A stretch of DNA of 63,847 bases, the filler included, from Octopus bimaculoides (taxonomy: Eukaryota): the NCBI RefSeq assembly GCF_001194135.2. It is 7 parts of 7 records of this genome, joined end to end, with 100 filler letters (N's around TTAATTAATTAA, not from the genome) between each part and the next. Parts side by side here need not be neighbours in the genome. Positions count along the whole stretch, not along the records: positions 1 to 5,951 come from NW_026376122.1; positions 6,052 to 21,206 come from NC_068996.1; 5 more parts are not named here. One strand, 5' to 3'. The notes beneath the pieces were generated by a model. The model was not told where the DNA came from. It saw only the letters and a program-made list of their open reading frames with translations, and did not search any database. This document shows, piece by piece, positions 1 to 12,973 of this stretch. The number at the start of each line of letters is the position of its first letter. Positions within the stretch are counted from its first letter, which is position 1. A program made the translations under genes and the position numbers.

Positions 1-3000
1 TTCGTTCGTTCGTTCGTACGTACGTTCGTCCGTTAGTTCATTCGTTTGTTATATCCGTACGCACGAAGGAAGGAACGTTCCTTATGTCCGTACATACGAA
101 GGAAGGAACGTACGAACGAACGATGGGACGAACGAGCGTACGTACGTATTTNNNNNNNNNNNNNNNNNNNNNNNNNNNNNNNNNNNNNNNNNNNNNNNNN
201 NNNNNNNNNNNNNNNNNNNNNNNNNNNNNNNNNNNNNNNNNNNNNNNNNNNNNNNNNNNNNNNNNNNNNNNNNNNNNNNNNNNNNNNNNNNNNNNNNNNN
301 NNNNNNNNNNNNNNATGAACGATTCTTATGTCTTTACGTAGGAACGAACGAACGAACGAAAGAACGAACGGACGAACGAACCAACCAACGAAGGAACGAA
401 GGTACGTACGTACGAACGAACGAACGAAACAACGATCGTACGTACGTACGAACAAACNNNNNNNNNNNNNNNNNNNNNNNNNNNNNNNNNNNNNNNNNNN
501 NNNNNNNNNNNNNNNNNNNNNNNNNNNNNNNNNNNNNNNNNNNNNNNNNNNNNNNNNNNNNNNNNNNNNNNNNNNNNNNNNNNNNNNNNNNNNNNNNNNN
601 NNNNNNNNNNNNNNNNNNNNNNNNNNNNNNNNNNNNNNNNNNNNNNNNNNNNNNNNNNNNNNNNNNNNNNNNNNNNNNNNNNNNNNNNGGAACGAACGAA
701 CGAACGAGAGAACAAAAGAACGAACGAACGTACTTACGTACGAACGAACAAACGAACCAGCGAAAGAACGAACGTAGGTACGTACGAACGAACGAAAAAA
801 CGAACAAGCGTACAAAATAACGTACATACGTACACTCTAACGAACGAACGTACTTACGTACGTACGAATGAACGAACGAAAAAACGNNNNNNNNNNNNNN
901 NNNNNNNNNNNNNNNNNNNNNNNNNNNNNNNNNNNNNNNNNNNNNNNNNNNNNNNNNNNNNNNNNNNNNNNNNNNNNNNNNNNNNNNNNNNNNNNNNNNN
1001 NNNNNNNNNNNNNNNNNNNNNNNNNNNNNNNNNNNNNNNNGTACGTACGTTTTTACGTGTGTACGTACGAACGAACGAACGAAAGAACGAGCGGACAAAC
1101 GAATAAACGAACGGATGAACGAACCAACGAACGAACGTACGTGCGTANNNNNNNNNNACGAACCAACGAACGAACGTACGTGCGTACGAACGAACTAACG
1201 AATGATCAAACGAACGAAACAACGAACGAACGGACGTACGTACGAACGAACGTAATTACGAACTTATGTCCGAACAAACGAACAAACGAATGAATNNNNN
1301 NNNNNATTACGAACTTATGTCCGAACAAACGAACAAACGAATGAATGAACGAACGTACGTACGAACGAACAAACGAACGATCGGACGAACGAGCGTACGT
1401 CTTTACGTAAGTATGTATTTACGTAAGTACGTACATACGAACGAACGAACGTACGTATGTACGANNNNNNNNNNNNNNNNNNNNNNNNNNNNNNNNNNNN
1501 NNNNNNNNNNNNNNNNNNNNNNNNNNNNNNNNNNNNNNNNNNNNNNNNNNNNNNNNNNNNNNNNNNNNNNNNNNNNNNNNNNNNNNNNNNNNNNNNNNNN
1601 NNNNNNNNNNNNNNNNNNNNNNNNNNNNNNNNNNNNNNNNNNNNNNNNNNNNNNNNNNNNNNNNNNNNNNNNNNNNNNNNNNNNNNNNNNNNNNNNNNNN
1701 NNNNNNNNNNNNNNNNNNNNNNNNNNNNNNNNNNNNNNNNNNNNNNNNNNNNNNNNNNNNNNNNNNNNNNNNNNNNNNNNNNNNNNNNNNNNNNNNNNNN
1801 NNNNNNNNNNNNNNNNNNNNNNNNNNNNNNNNNNNNNNNNNNNNNNNNNNNNNNNNNNNNNNNNNNNNNNNNNNNNNNNNNNNNNNNNNNNNNNNNNNNN
1901 NNNNNNNNNNNNNNNNNNNNNNNNNNNNNNNNNNNNNNNNNNNNNNNNNNNNNNNNNNNNNNNNNNNNNNNNNNNNNNNNNNNNNNNNNNNNNNNNNNNN
2001 NNNNNNNNNNNNNNNNNNNNNNNNNNGTAAGTACGTATTTACGTATGTACGTACGTACGAACGATCGAACGAACGAACGTTAGTTATATCCGTACGTACG
2101 AAGGAAGGAACGTTCCTTATGTCCGTACATACGAACGANNNNNNNNNNNNNNNNNNNNNNNNNNNNNNNNNNNNNNNNACGTATTTACGTAATTACGTAC
2201 GCACGAACCTTCGAACGAATGAACGTACTTTATGCCCGTACTTACGAACGAACTATCGAAAGAACATACGGAGAAACAAACGAACNNNNNNNNNNNNNNN
2301 NNNNNNNNNNNNNNNNNNNNCGTACGTACGAGCGTACGAACGAAAGAACGAACTAACGAACGTAAGTACGTACGAATGAACGAACGAAGGAATGAACGAA
2401 CGTACGTACGTACGAATGAACGAACGATCAAACGTACGANNNNNNNNNNNNNNNNNNNNNNNNNNNNNNNNNNNNNNNNNNNNNNNNNNNNNNNNNNNNN
2501 NNNNNNNNNNNNNNNNNNNNNNNNNNNNNNNNNNNNNNNNNNNNNNNNNNNNNNNNNNNNNNNNNNNNNNNNNNNNNNNNNNNNNNNNNNNNNNNNNNNN
2601 NNNNNNNNNNNNNNNNNNNNNNNNNNNNNNNNNNNNNNNNNNNNNNNNNNNNNNNNNNNNNNNNNNNNNNNNNNNNNNNNNNNNNNNNNNNNNNNNNNNN
2701 NNNNNNNNNNNNNNNNNNNNNNNNNNNNNNNNNNNNNNNNNNNNNNNNNNNNNNNNNNNNNNNNNNNNNNNNNNNNNNNNNNNNNNNNNNNNNNNNNNNN
2801 NNNNNNNNNNNNNNNNNNNNNNNNNNNNNNNNNNNNNNNNNNNNNNNNNNNNNNNNNNNNNNNNNNNNNNNNNNNNNNNNNNNNNNNNNNNNNNNNNNNN
2901 NNNNNNNNNNNNNNNNNNNNNNNNNNNNNNNNNNNNNNNNNNNNNNNNNNNNNNNNNNNNNNNNNNNNNNNNNNNNNNNNNNNNNNNNNNNNNNNNNNNN

Positions 3001-5951
3001 NNNNNNNNNNNNNNNNNNNNNNNNNNNNNNNNNNNNNNNCGTACGAACGAACGTACGTACGAACGAACGAACGTACGTACGAACGAACGTTCGTACGAAC
3101 GTAATTACGAACTTATGTCCGAACAAACGAACAAACGAATGAATNNNNNNNNNNNNNNNNNNNNNNNNNAACAGACTAACGAACGAACGTAAGTAAGTAC
3201 GTACGAACGAACGAACGAATGAAAGACCGAACGAACGTACTTACGAACGAACGATCGAGCGAACGAACGAACGAAGGAAGGATCGAACGAACGTACGTAC
3301 GTCCGAACGAACGTACTTACAAATGAACGAACGTNNNNNNNNNNAACGAACGAACGAATGAACAAACATACGAATGAACGTTTGTACGTACTTAGGTCCG
3401 GACGCAGGAACGAAAGTACGTACGTACGAACGAAATGAATGACCAAACGAACGAACGAACGAACGAATGCGCGTATGTACGTGCGAACGAACGAATTAAC
3501 GAACGAANNNNNNNNNNACGAACGAATGCGCGTATGTACGTGCGAACGAACGAATTAACGAACGAACGTACGTACCAACGTACGTACGAACCAACGAACG
3601 AACGGACGATTGAATAATCGGACCAACGAACGTACGTACGTATTTACGTAAGTACGTACGAATGATCGAACGAACGAACAAAAGAACGAACGAACGAAAG
3701 AACGAACGAGCGTNNNNNNNNNNAAAGAACGAAAGTACGTACAAACGAACGAATCAACGAACGAATGAACGAACGAACGTAAGTACGAACGAACGAACGA
3801 ATGACGAACGAACGTAAGTACGAGCGAACGAACGATAGAACGAACGATAGAACGAACGAAGAAACGAACGAATGAACGAACGTATGTACGTTTTTACGTA
3901 AGTACGTACGTAAGAACGTNNNNNNNNNNAATGAACGAACGTATGTACGTTTTTACGTAAGTACGTACGTAAGAACGTTCGAAAGAATGACCGATAATTA
4001 TGTCAGTACTTAAGAACGAACGAACGAAAGCACTAACGGANNNNNNNNNNNNNNNNNNNNNNNNNNNNNNNNNNNNNNNNNNNNNNNNNNNNNNNNNNNN
4101 NNNNNNNNNNNNNNNNNNNNNNNNNNNNNNNNNNNNNNNNNNNNNNNNNNNNNNNNNNNNNNNNNNNNNNNNNNNNNNNNNNNNNNNNNNNNNNNNNNNN
4201 NNNNNNNNNNNNNNNNNNNNNNNNNNNNNNNNNNNNNNNNNNNNNNNNNNNNNNNNNNNNNNNNNNNNNNNNNNNNNNNNNNNNNNNNNNNNNNNNNNNN
4301 NNNNNNNNNNNNNNNNNNNNNNNNNNNNNNNNNNNNNNNNNNNNNNNNNNNNNNNNNNNNNNNNNNNNNNNNNNNNNNNNNNNNNNNNNNNNNNNNNNNN
4401 NNNNNNNNNNNNNNNNNNNNNNNNNNNNNNNNNNNNNNNNNNNNNNNNNNNNNNNNNNNNNNNNNNNNNNNNNNNNNNNNNNNNNNNNNNNNNNNNNNNN
4501 NNNNNNNNNNNNNNNNNNNNNNNNNNNNNNNNNNNNNNNNNNNNNNNNNNNNNNNNNNNNNNNNNNNNNNNNNNNNNNNNNNNNNNNNNNNNNNNNNNNN
4601 NNNNNNNNNNNNNNNNNNNNNNNNNNNNNNNNNNNNNNNNNNNNNNNNNNNNNNNNNNNNNNNNNNNNNNNNNNNNNNNNNNNNNNNNNNNNNNNNNNNN
4701 NNNNNNNNNNNNNNNNNNNNNNNNNNNNNNNNNNNNNNNNNNNNNNNNNNNNNNNNNNNNNNNNNNNNNNNNNNNNNNNNNNNNNNNGAGCGAACGAATG
4801 TAAGTACGTAAGATCGAACGAAGGATCGAATGAACGATCGAATGAACGTTCGTACGTACGAACAAATGAACGAACGAACGAACGTACGTACGTTTTTACG
4901 TAAGTACGTACGTACGANNNNNNNNNNNNNNNNNNNNNNNNNNNNNNNNNNNNNNNNNNNNNNNNNNNNNNNNNNNNNNNNNNNNNNNNNNNNNNNNNNN
5001 NNNNNNNNNNNNNNNNNNNNNNNNNNNNNNNNNNNNNNNNNNNNNACGAACGAACGAATAAACGAACCTACGTACGTACGTGCGAACGAACGAACGAATG
5101 ATCGAACATACGAGCGTACGTACATATTTACGTAAGTATATACGTACGAACGTTCGAACGAAAGAACGAACGAACAAGCCAACGAATGATCAAACGAACG
5201 AAAGAACGAACTATGTACGTACGAACGAACNNNNNNNNNNNNNNNNNNNNNNNNNNNNNNNNNNNNNNNNNNNCATACGCACGAAAGAATGAACGAACGA
5301 TTGTAAGTACGTACGAACGAACGTACGTACGTACGTCCGAACAAACGTACGAACGAACGAACGAAAGAACGAACGTACGTACAAACGAACGAACGGACAA
5401 ACGAATGAACGAACGAACGTANNNNNNNNNNNNNNNNNNNNNNNNNNNNNNNNNNNNNNNNNNNNNNNNNNNNNNNNNNNNNNNNNNNNNNNNNNNNNNN
5501 NNNNNNNNNNNNNNNNNNNNNNNNNNNNNNNNNNNNNNNNNNNAACGAACGCATGAAAGAACGAACATATATAGGTATGTACGTAACTACGAATGAATTA
5601 ACGAACGAACGTACGTACAAACGTACGTACGAGCGAACGAACGTACGTACGTAGGAACGATCGAACCAACGAACGTACGTACGTTTTTACGTAAGTACAT
5701 ACGTACGAAATTTCGAANNNNNNNNNNNNNNNNNNNNNNNNNNNNNNNNNNNNNNNNNNNNNNNNNNNNNNNNNNNNNNNNNNNNNNNNNNNNNNNNNNN
5801 NNNNNNNNNNNNNNNNNNNNNNNNNNNNNNNNNNACGTACGAACGAACGAGCGAATGATCGAACGAAAGAAACAACGATCGTACATACGTAAAAACGAAC
5901 GAACGAACTAACGGACGAATGTGCGTAAGAACGTAGGTACGAACGAAGGAA
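1..5951. repeat. Complex CpG-rich tetranucleotide satellite built from (ACGA)n, (ACGT)n and ATGA variants, heavily gapped
   Basis: Almost all called bases are degenerate CGAA/CGTA/TGAA tetramers. Longer motifs recur: TTTACGTAAGTACGTAC many times, and ACTTATGTCCGAACAAACGAACAAACGAATGAAT near 1262, 1313 and 3110. The ERTN/RSFV ORFs are translations of this repeat. Confidence 0.95.
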
Positions 5952-6051
5952 NNNNNNNNNNNNNNNNNNNNNNNNNNNNNNNNNNNNNNNNNNNNTTAAT
6001 TAATTAANNNNNNNNNNNNNNNNNNNNNNNNNNNNNNNNNNNNNNNNNNNN
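5952..6051. other. Artificial scaffolding gap: 44 N + TTAATTAATTAA + 44 N
   Basis: Exactly 100 nt. The same structure occurs at 21207-21306, 29736-29835, 56868-56967, 59797-59896 and 62686-62785. The linker contains stop codons in all six frames. Confidence 0.97.
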
Positions 6052-6625
6052 GGTGCCGACAGTTGCTTATTATTACAAGTTGTGATATTATTAAAAACTA
6101 TAATGTTTCTCCGAGAAAAGAATATGATCCTTCCTCTCTCTTTTCTTATATGATTAGGCTCAATCATTGCAACCTATATAGAATTTTTTGTTGCTCGGCG
6201 AATTGTCATGAGGATGAGACTGGCTTTATATCCGGTCGCCAGTTGATAACATTCTGAAACTTGACGTCGGCTGCAAATATTTTTCATTTTACCGCATTTC
6301 ATGATATTGTGAAGCCATTGTGAAACACAGACAGGGAAGAGAAGAGCTCCTATACTTATTTGATGGTCACCATTGCTGACTCTTCTGTGGACCAATCTTT
6401 TTCAGGGCATCTGTCTGCACGTCAGTCGCAATACATTGAGTTGTGTTTGTTCAGAAATGCTTAATCCAAAGCAATGATCTCCCCCAGATTCTAATGTGGA
6501 ATAATTTCATAAAACCTATGCTCGCCCTGTTTATATATGTGTGTGTGTGTGAGTGTGTGTGTGTGTGTGTGTATGTATTGATAAATTAATTTGTATCCAT
6601 CAGATCTCTCTGTTGTCAAACTTAA

Positions 6626-6667
<42 letters not shown>

Positions 6668-7075
6668 TGAATATATGAACGTATATATATATAATGCACA
6701 AATATATGGACGTGTATATATATATGTGTGTGTGTATGTGTGTGTATATGTGTGCGTGTGTGCGTGTGTGTATGTACTAATATATATACGCATAGGCATG
6801 TAAGTATACACACATACGAGTGTGTGTGAACATTACAGGAATTGCACAGAATACTGGGAACTAGAACAGTTCTAAAACAGAAGCTGGAAGCGCACCAAAA
6901 GGCACATAGTTTGGTCTGTAGGGAATATCACATTGATGGCAAAGGAAAAAACAATTTAGTCCACGAGCGAAGCCAAAGAAGAAGCCACCAAGTGGTTTTA
7001 GATGAAAAGGGCTTATGAGCGAGCGATTAATGCGACTGGTAAGGACTGCGTCTGAGTGATATTGCTGGGACTCAC

Positions 7076-7170
7076 CTGGGTTTCTGGTGGGTGCCTGAAG
7101 AAAGCACTCGGTGATCCCATGCCACGATCCCATGCTAATGATGCGAGCGAGCGATCTAGGTGGATGTATG
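7076..7170 (-). CDS. Possible internal exon of an unidentified gene (frame YIHLDRSLASLAWDRGMGSPSAFFRHPPETQ)
   Basis: 95-nt GC-richer unique island with acceptor TTTGCAG and a consensus donor CAG|GTGAGT. Two frames are open. No homolog recognised and no partner exons found. Confidence 0.3.
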
Positions 7171-8188
7171 CTGCAAACACACACATAAACACACACACGC
7201 ATCCTTCTTCATATGCGTATGCATTTGTTTAGAAACTTATATGTGTGTATGTCTGTGTCCAGACGAATATATAGAATATATATTTACATTTATATATGTA
7301 TGTATACATGTATGTTTGTAAGTATGCATGTATGTATGTACATATACGCATACAAAGTATGTCTCAATATTAAACTGCATGTGCGTCTGTGTATTTGTAA
7401 GAGAGAAAGAGAAAGGGTAAAACGTGTGCGTATGCTGTGCTTGCATGATGGTGCCTGTGCATATGTGAACTGTAATAATTGTCCATATATATGTGTGTGT
7501 GAGCGACCGAAAACACATGCGTGGGTGTGTGATTGGTTGGTTGTATGCTTGCACAATTGTGTATACGAGTACATTATGCATATGTTCGAATATGATAGGT
7601 GCATTTATGTGTGTATGCATACGCCTGTTTCTATGTACATCTCTCAGTGGGTACGTGTGTATGTGTGAATGTGTATAAGCACATATGTTGGTGTTTGTAT
7701 GTGTATGTTTTGTGCGTTATGTGTGCGTGTGAGCTCCATAATTTATTCATTTCCTGAAGAAAAGATGAGACAAAGCTGGCTGGCTTCGCGTGTTATGACA
7801 GACTCCATTCAAACACTGTCATTTGAAAACGGGTTGGGGGCAGAGTGTGAAGCAGGGAGAGACAAAAGGAAGAGAAACTAAGAGAAGAGGAAGACAGGTA
7901 GATAATGAGATAAAGAGAAAGGGAGAGAAAATAGATACACAGAGATAGAAAGAAGCCCGCAGGAGTGCCTTTTGGGTGCAAATAAAGTTGTGCGGGAGAG
8001 TGTTTTGTAGGACGATGGGGTAAGTTTGTGTCTATCTGTGGGAGTGTGCATACGAATGTGTGTGCGTGCAGCGTGTACATACATATATATACGCAAACAT
8101 ACATACACATACATACATAATACATACATGTATATATAGATATTATATATTATATGCACGTATGTATGTAATTATGTATATGCATACA

Positions 8189-8236
<48 letters not shown>

Positions 8237-8268
8237 NNNNNNNNNNNNNNNNNNNNNNNNNNNNNNNN

Positions 8269-8307
<39 letters not shown>

Positions 8308-8650
8308 ATACATAGATACATACATATATATACATATATATACATATATATACACACATATATATACAGCCACGCGCGCGCACACACACATATATACATG
8401 TATGTATACAGACACACATATATGCACGTATGTGTATGTACAGATATATCGATATGTAGACACATCGATATCCACCTATCGATATATCTATATAGTAGTT
8501 AATATATTATGTATGTATATATACACATATATATTATATATGCACATACACATACACACACATACATACATGCATGTGTATGCATGTATATGTACATATA
8601 CACATTTGTGTGTATGTGTGTGTATATGTGTATGTATGTATGTATGAATG

Positions 8651-8684
<34 letters not shown>

Positions 8685-9394
8685 TGTATGTATGTATGTA
8701 TGTATGTATGTGTGTGTGTGTGTATGTGTGTGTATTAGTATAGTGACAATTGAGGATCGTTAATTATGAGGTGCCGAATTCGATTGTCATTTAGAGCAAT
8801 ACGGCTGCTGGGGAGAAGGAGGGAAAGACAGAGACACAAAGAGAGATACGAAGTGACAGAGAGGAGAGAGGAAGATACACAGAGATAGAGAGAGGGTGCA
8901 TGATAAAAGAGAGTGCAAGAAAGGAGAATAAAGAGAGAGAGAGAGAGAAACTTTTCCTCCATAGCATTTCCAGTTTAAAAAACAAAAACAAAACAAAACA
9001 CAAATAAAAGATAAAATAAAATAATAAAATTCACTGTTGTCTATATTATTGACGTATTTATATATATATATATATTTGTATATTATATACTCTCTCATAT
9101 ATATTTGTGTGTGTATTATATGTCGTGTGTTGTGTATTGTTCTGTGTTTTGTACGTTGTGTGTGCTGTATGTTGTATGTGTATAAGCAGTGTATGTTCGT
9201 TCATAGTATCCAATTAATAGCAATCATCTAAAAACCGTTTTCCGTTATGTCCCTCAACTTAGCATGCACCATTGAGCATTACATTAATCTGTCTTCATTA
9301 TTCTCTTATCTATCATCGACAATTCACCAGTTTACTGTCATATCTTCTCTCGTACGACGCCTGTTCTTTTAATAATACTGTCCGGCCAGATAAT

Positions 9395-9594
9395 CGGTCG
9401 GTCGGTCGGTCGGTCGGTCGGTCTGATGATCGGACAATTGAATGGTCGGTCGGTCGGTCAATTGTTTTATTTATTTGTTTGTTTGTTCGTTATGACTTCT
9501 TTTCAGCTTGTGGTCATGATTGTTTTTCCGTTGCTTTCATTTCTATTTTCTATTTTTGTTCTTGTTCTATATTTGTTTATTATTATCATCATCA

Positions 9595-9664
<70 letters not shown>

Positions 9665-9765
9665 GGGGTTTGAGCGGAGTTACTGGTGATTCAAGAATCT
9701 TGGGTGGATGGATGGATGGATGTGTGGGTGGGTGGATGGATGGGTAGATGGATGGATGGATGGAA
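9395..9765. repeat. Compound microsatellites (CGGT)n, (ATT)n, (TGGA)n
   Basis: Read directly from the sequence. Confidence 0.9.
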
Positions 9766-10438
9766 GGATAGTGACAGGAAAGGATAAGAGATGACCGAGA
9801 CACTAAAGCGCCGAACCGGATGTTTTACTGTTTGTAATTCTACCTACCTAACTAACGATCTCACTATATAAACTAATTAAGGAACCGGTTCGATCTGCTA
9901 GAAACAGCAGCCGAATTATTCATTAATGACCGTAGCATGCATAGGAAATTTTTAAGAAACACGATAGACAATGTAATATCCTGATGCTTTCAAATAAACG
10001 GGATGGTCACGCCTAGAATGCCTTTGATCGTAAATCTTACTTGATCAAGGTTCACTTGTGGTTGGACAACAACAACATCAACTAATTATAAAATTGAATA
10101 ATTAACTAATTAGATAATTTCGATATCTGAAATATGTAAATTCAAAATGCTGGCATAAATCAACATTTCAATTTACTTAATCTCAAAAGTATCAATGAAA
10201 TAAAAAAAATTTTTTTTAAGTAATTTAATCGGAGGCAATAGCAGAACGGGGTATTGAGACCGGATAAATTGTATGAGCAGATTAATGGATGGCAGTGGAG
10301 GAAAAGAGCAAATTACTAAAAGACAGTAAAGCTCCAATCCGGATGCTTTACTTGTAATTATAATTAACTTCCATGTCTCTTAAATATATTACAAGTGGTG
10401 CCGATTTTATTTAGTCAGTTATAATAATTATTATGATC

Positions 10439-10615
10439 ATTAGCACGCCGAGCGAAATGCTTAGCGACATTTTGTCCTCTTTTACGTTCTGAGCTCAAAT
10501 TCCGCCATGGTTGACTTTGTCTTTCATCCTTTCGGAGTCAATAAAATAAGTACCATTTGAACACTGGAGTCTCATCCCTTCCCCGAAATTTCTGGCCTTG
10601 TGCCAAAATTTAAAA
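10439..10615 (+). mobile_element. tRNA-derived SINE, family A (marker GTTCTGAGTTCAAATTCCGCCGAGGTCGACTTTGCC)
   Basis: B-box-like GTTCAAA and a conserved body shared with about 12 other copies in the window. Confidence 0.85.
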
Positions 10616-10617
10616 CC

Positions 10618-10762
<145 letters not shown>

Positions 10763-10764
10763 TC

Positions 10765-12720
10765 ATATACACACAACAGAATTAGACTATTGGAAAAGGA
10801 AAAATGCTAACATCGAGCTACAACAAATAACCTTAGATGCCAAGAACCCTCCTAAGTATCCTAGCTGTCCCTAATAACACTGTTTTCTGGAGCTGTACTA
10901 AACTGGGTTTTATGCCTATTTCCTCTATCCTTCTGTTCAGATCTTTAGGGATAGTTCCCAATGCACCTATAACTACTGGGATACATTTCACACACAATTT
11001 CCATAGTCTTTGTAATTCAATGGTTAGGTCCTGGTACTTTTGATATTTTCTCTATAACTCTCATATTGATTTTCTCATAATTTGGGACTGTAAAGTCAAT
11101 TATCTGACACTCTCTAATCTCTTTATCTACTACTACTACCAAATCAGGCCTTCTGGCTTCTATTACTCTGTCATTCTGAATGTTAAAGTCCCACAGCATC
11201 TTATACTTCTTACTTTCTAATACTTTACTAGGTTCATGTTCATACCGTTTACCAGCATGTTCAAATCCTAGCTTTCTACATAACTCCCAGTGGATTACTC
11301 TCCCTAGATTGTCATGTCTTCTCTTGTATTCTTTCTGTGTCATCATGCTAAATTCACTTGTTATATGAGTAACACTTTCCTCGTTTGATTTGCATAATCT
11401 ACATTGAGAATCTACTTGGTTTTTGTCTATTTTGGCTTTTATCCAAATTGTCCTTAATGCTTGATCTTCTGTGGCTACTAACAAACATTCTGTCTCACTC
11501 TTCAGCCTTCCTTTCAGCAACTATTACAATGTCACACTACAACTATTTGCATCAACCATCCTTGGGAATCTGCCATGCAAATCCTTCTCCTGTCAATCAG
11601 ATAATTTCAGTTCTTTTTACTTGCTTTTAACTTAGTTTGTTTTGCTTTTTTATAGTTTCCCTATGTCGTGCTACTCTAACTAAATCCACACAGTTTTCTA
11701 CTGATATTAACCCCCTTCCGCCTTCCTTTCTAGGTAAGTATAGTCTTGCTACCCCAGCCCTTGGGTGGATTGTACCATTCATATTGAATTCCTTCCTAGT
11801 TCTTCTGTCTAGCTTTGCTAATTCAGTTTTTGCCCAATCTACAAAAGCTGTTGAGTATCTAAGTAATGATACTGCTTAAGTATTTACAACCTTCACTTGA
11901 TTTGGATCATTTAGCTTTGATTTCATTAGCTTCCTCACCCTTCTGATTCATTCCTTCTCAATTTTCGTTTTCATTTCTATAGTTATTACTTTGTCAGATT
12001 CTAATACTCTTAGATATTTATAGCTCTCTCCTCCTTTGAATGATTTTAATGTCTGGCCATCTGGTAATTGGATGCCTTCACTGTTGACTACCTGTCCCCT
12101 TTTCATGACTAATATTGCACACTTATCTCTTCCAAATTCTATGCCTATATCTTTGCTGAAGAGACTTACAGACTGTATTAAAGAATCTATCCCTTTTCCA
12201 CTCTTACCAAAAAACTTCAGATCATCGATGTAGAGAAAATAGTTAATTTTTTTCCATTACTATTTCTGAACTGATACCCTTCCCTTGTCTTCCTTAATAC
12301 TAAACTGAAGAGGATCAAACATAAGACAAATATTAAAGGGGACAACGAGTCCCCCTGGAAAATCCCTCTTTTGATATTAACAAGAGTGTGTCATCTGAGT
12401 AGAGATCTACTTTCCATGCTAAAACTAATTAATTCTCTTATGTTGTCTTGTTATACTGAATATACTCAAACATTCACTTATACATGAGTGTGGGATCATG
12501 TCATTAGGCTTTCATATAATCTATCCATGCTATTGTGAGATTTTTCTTTCTAGCTTTTACTTCGTTTACGACTGCTTTGTTTATGTATAATAAATAATGC
12601 GTTCCTCGAGCCTTGTCTGTAAACTTTCTGTCCTGACAGTAAATTCTGGTTGTGAAGGTGTTCGTAAATGTGCATAAAATGCGAGGAGCATCTCATAAGT
12701 TATCAACTCTACTCAAAACT
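10765..12720 (-). mobile_element. Degenerate 5'-truncated Dong/R4-clade non-LTR retrotransposon (RT + zinc knuckle + RLE endonuclease)
   Basis: Translated motifs AWIDYMKA, FLYIDDLKFF, RLYLPRKGGGRGLISV, CRLCKSNEESVTHI, RRPDLVVV..IIDFTVP and LGTARILRRVLGI*, with multiple stops and frameshifts. Confidence 0.92.
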
Positions 12721-12973
12721 CAAAAGAGACCAGCAATTTACCCATTGCTCCCCTACAATTGAGATGGTGATGACGATGATGATGAACACAATCACCAAAA
12801 CAGGTCACCCACCTTATTAACATAAAGTCAATCATATATACACTCCAACCTCTGACACAGAAACCCACTAATTTTTTCTTTCGGCTTATCCTCCTCTTCT
12901 TCTTCTTCTTCTTCTTCTTCTTCTTCTTCTTCTTCTTCTTCTTCTTCTTCTTCTTCTACTACTACTACTACTA

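Noticed and set aside
33-5886. Long ERTN/RSFV ORFs
   Set aside because: Translations of the tetranucleotide satellite read through N runs; no coding signal.
6861-7010. LGGFFFGFARG resembling the sugar-porter TM1 motif
   Set aside because: The flanking residues are not transporter-like and no matching splice structure supports it.
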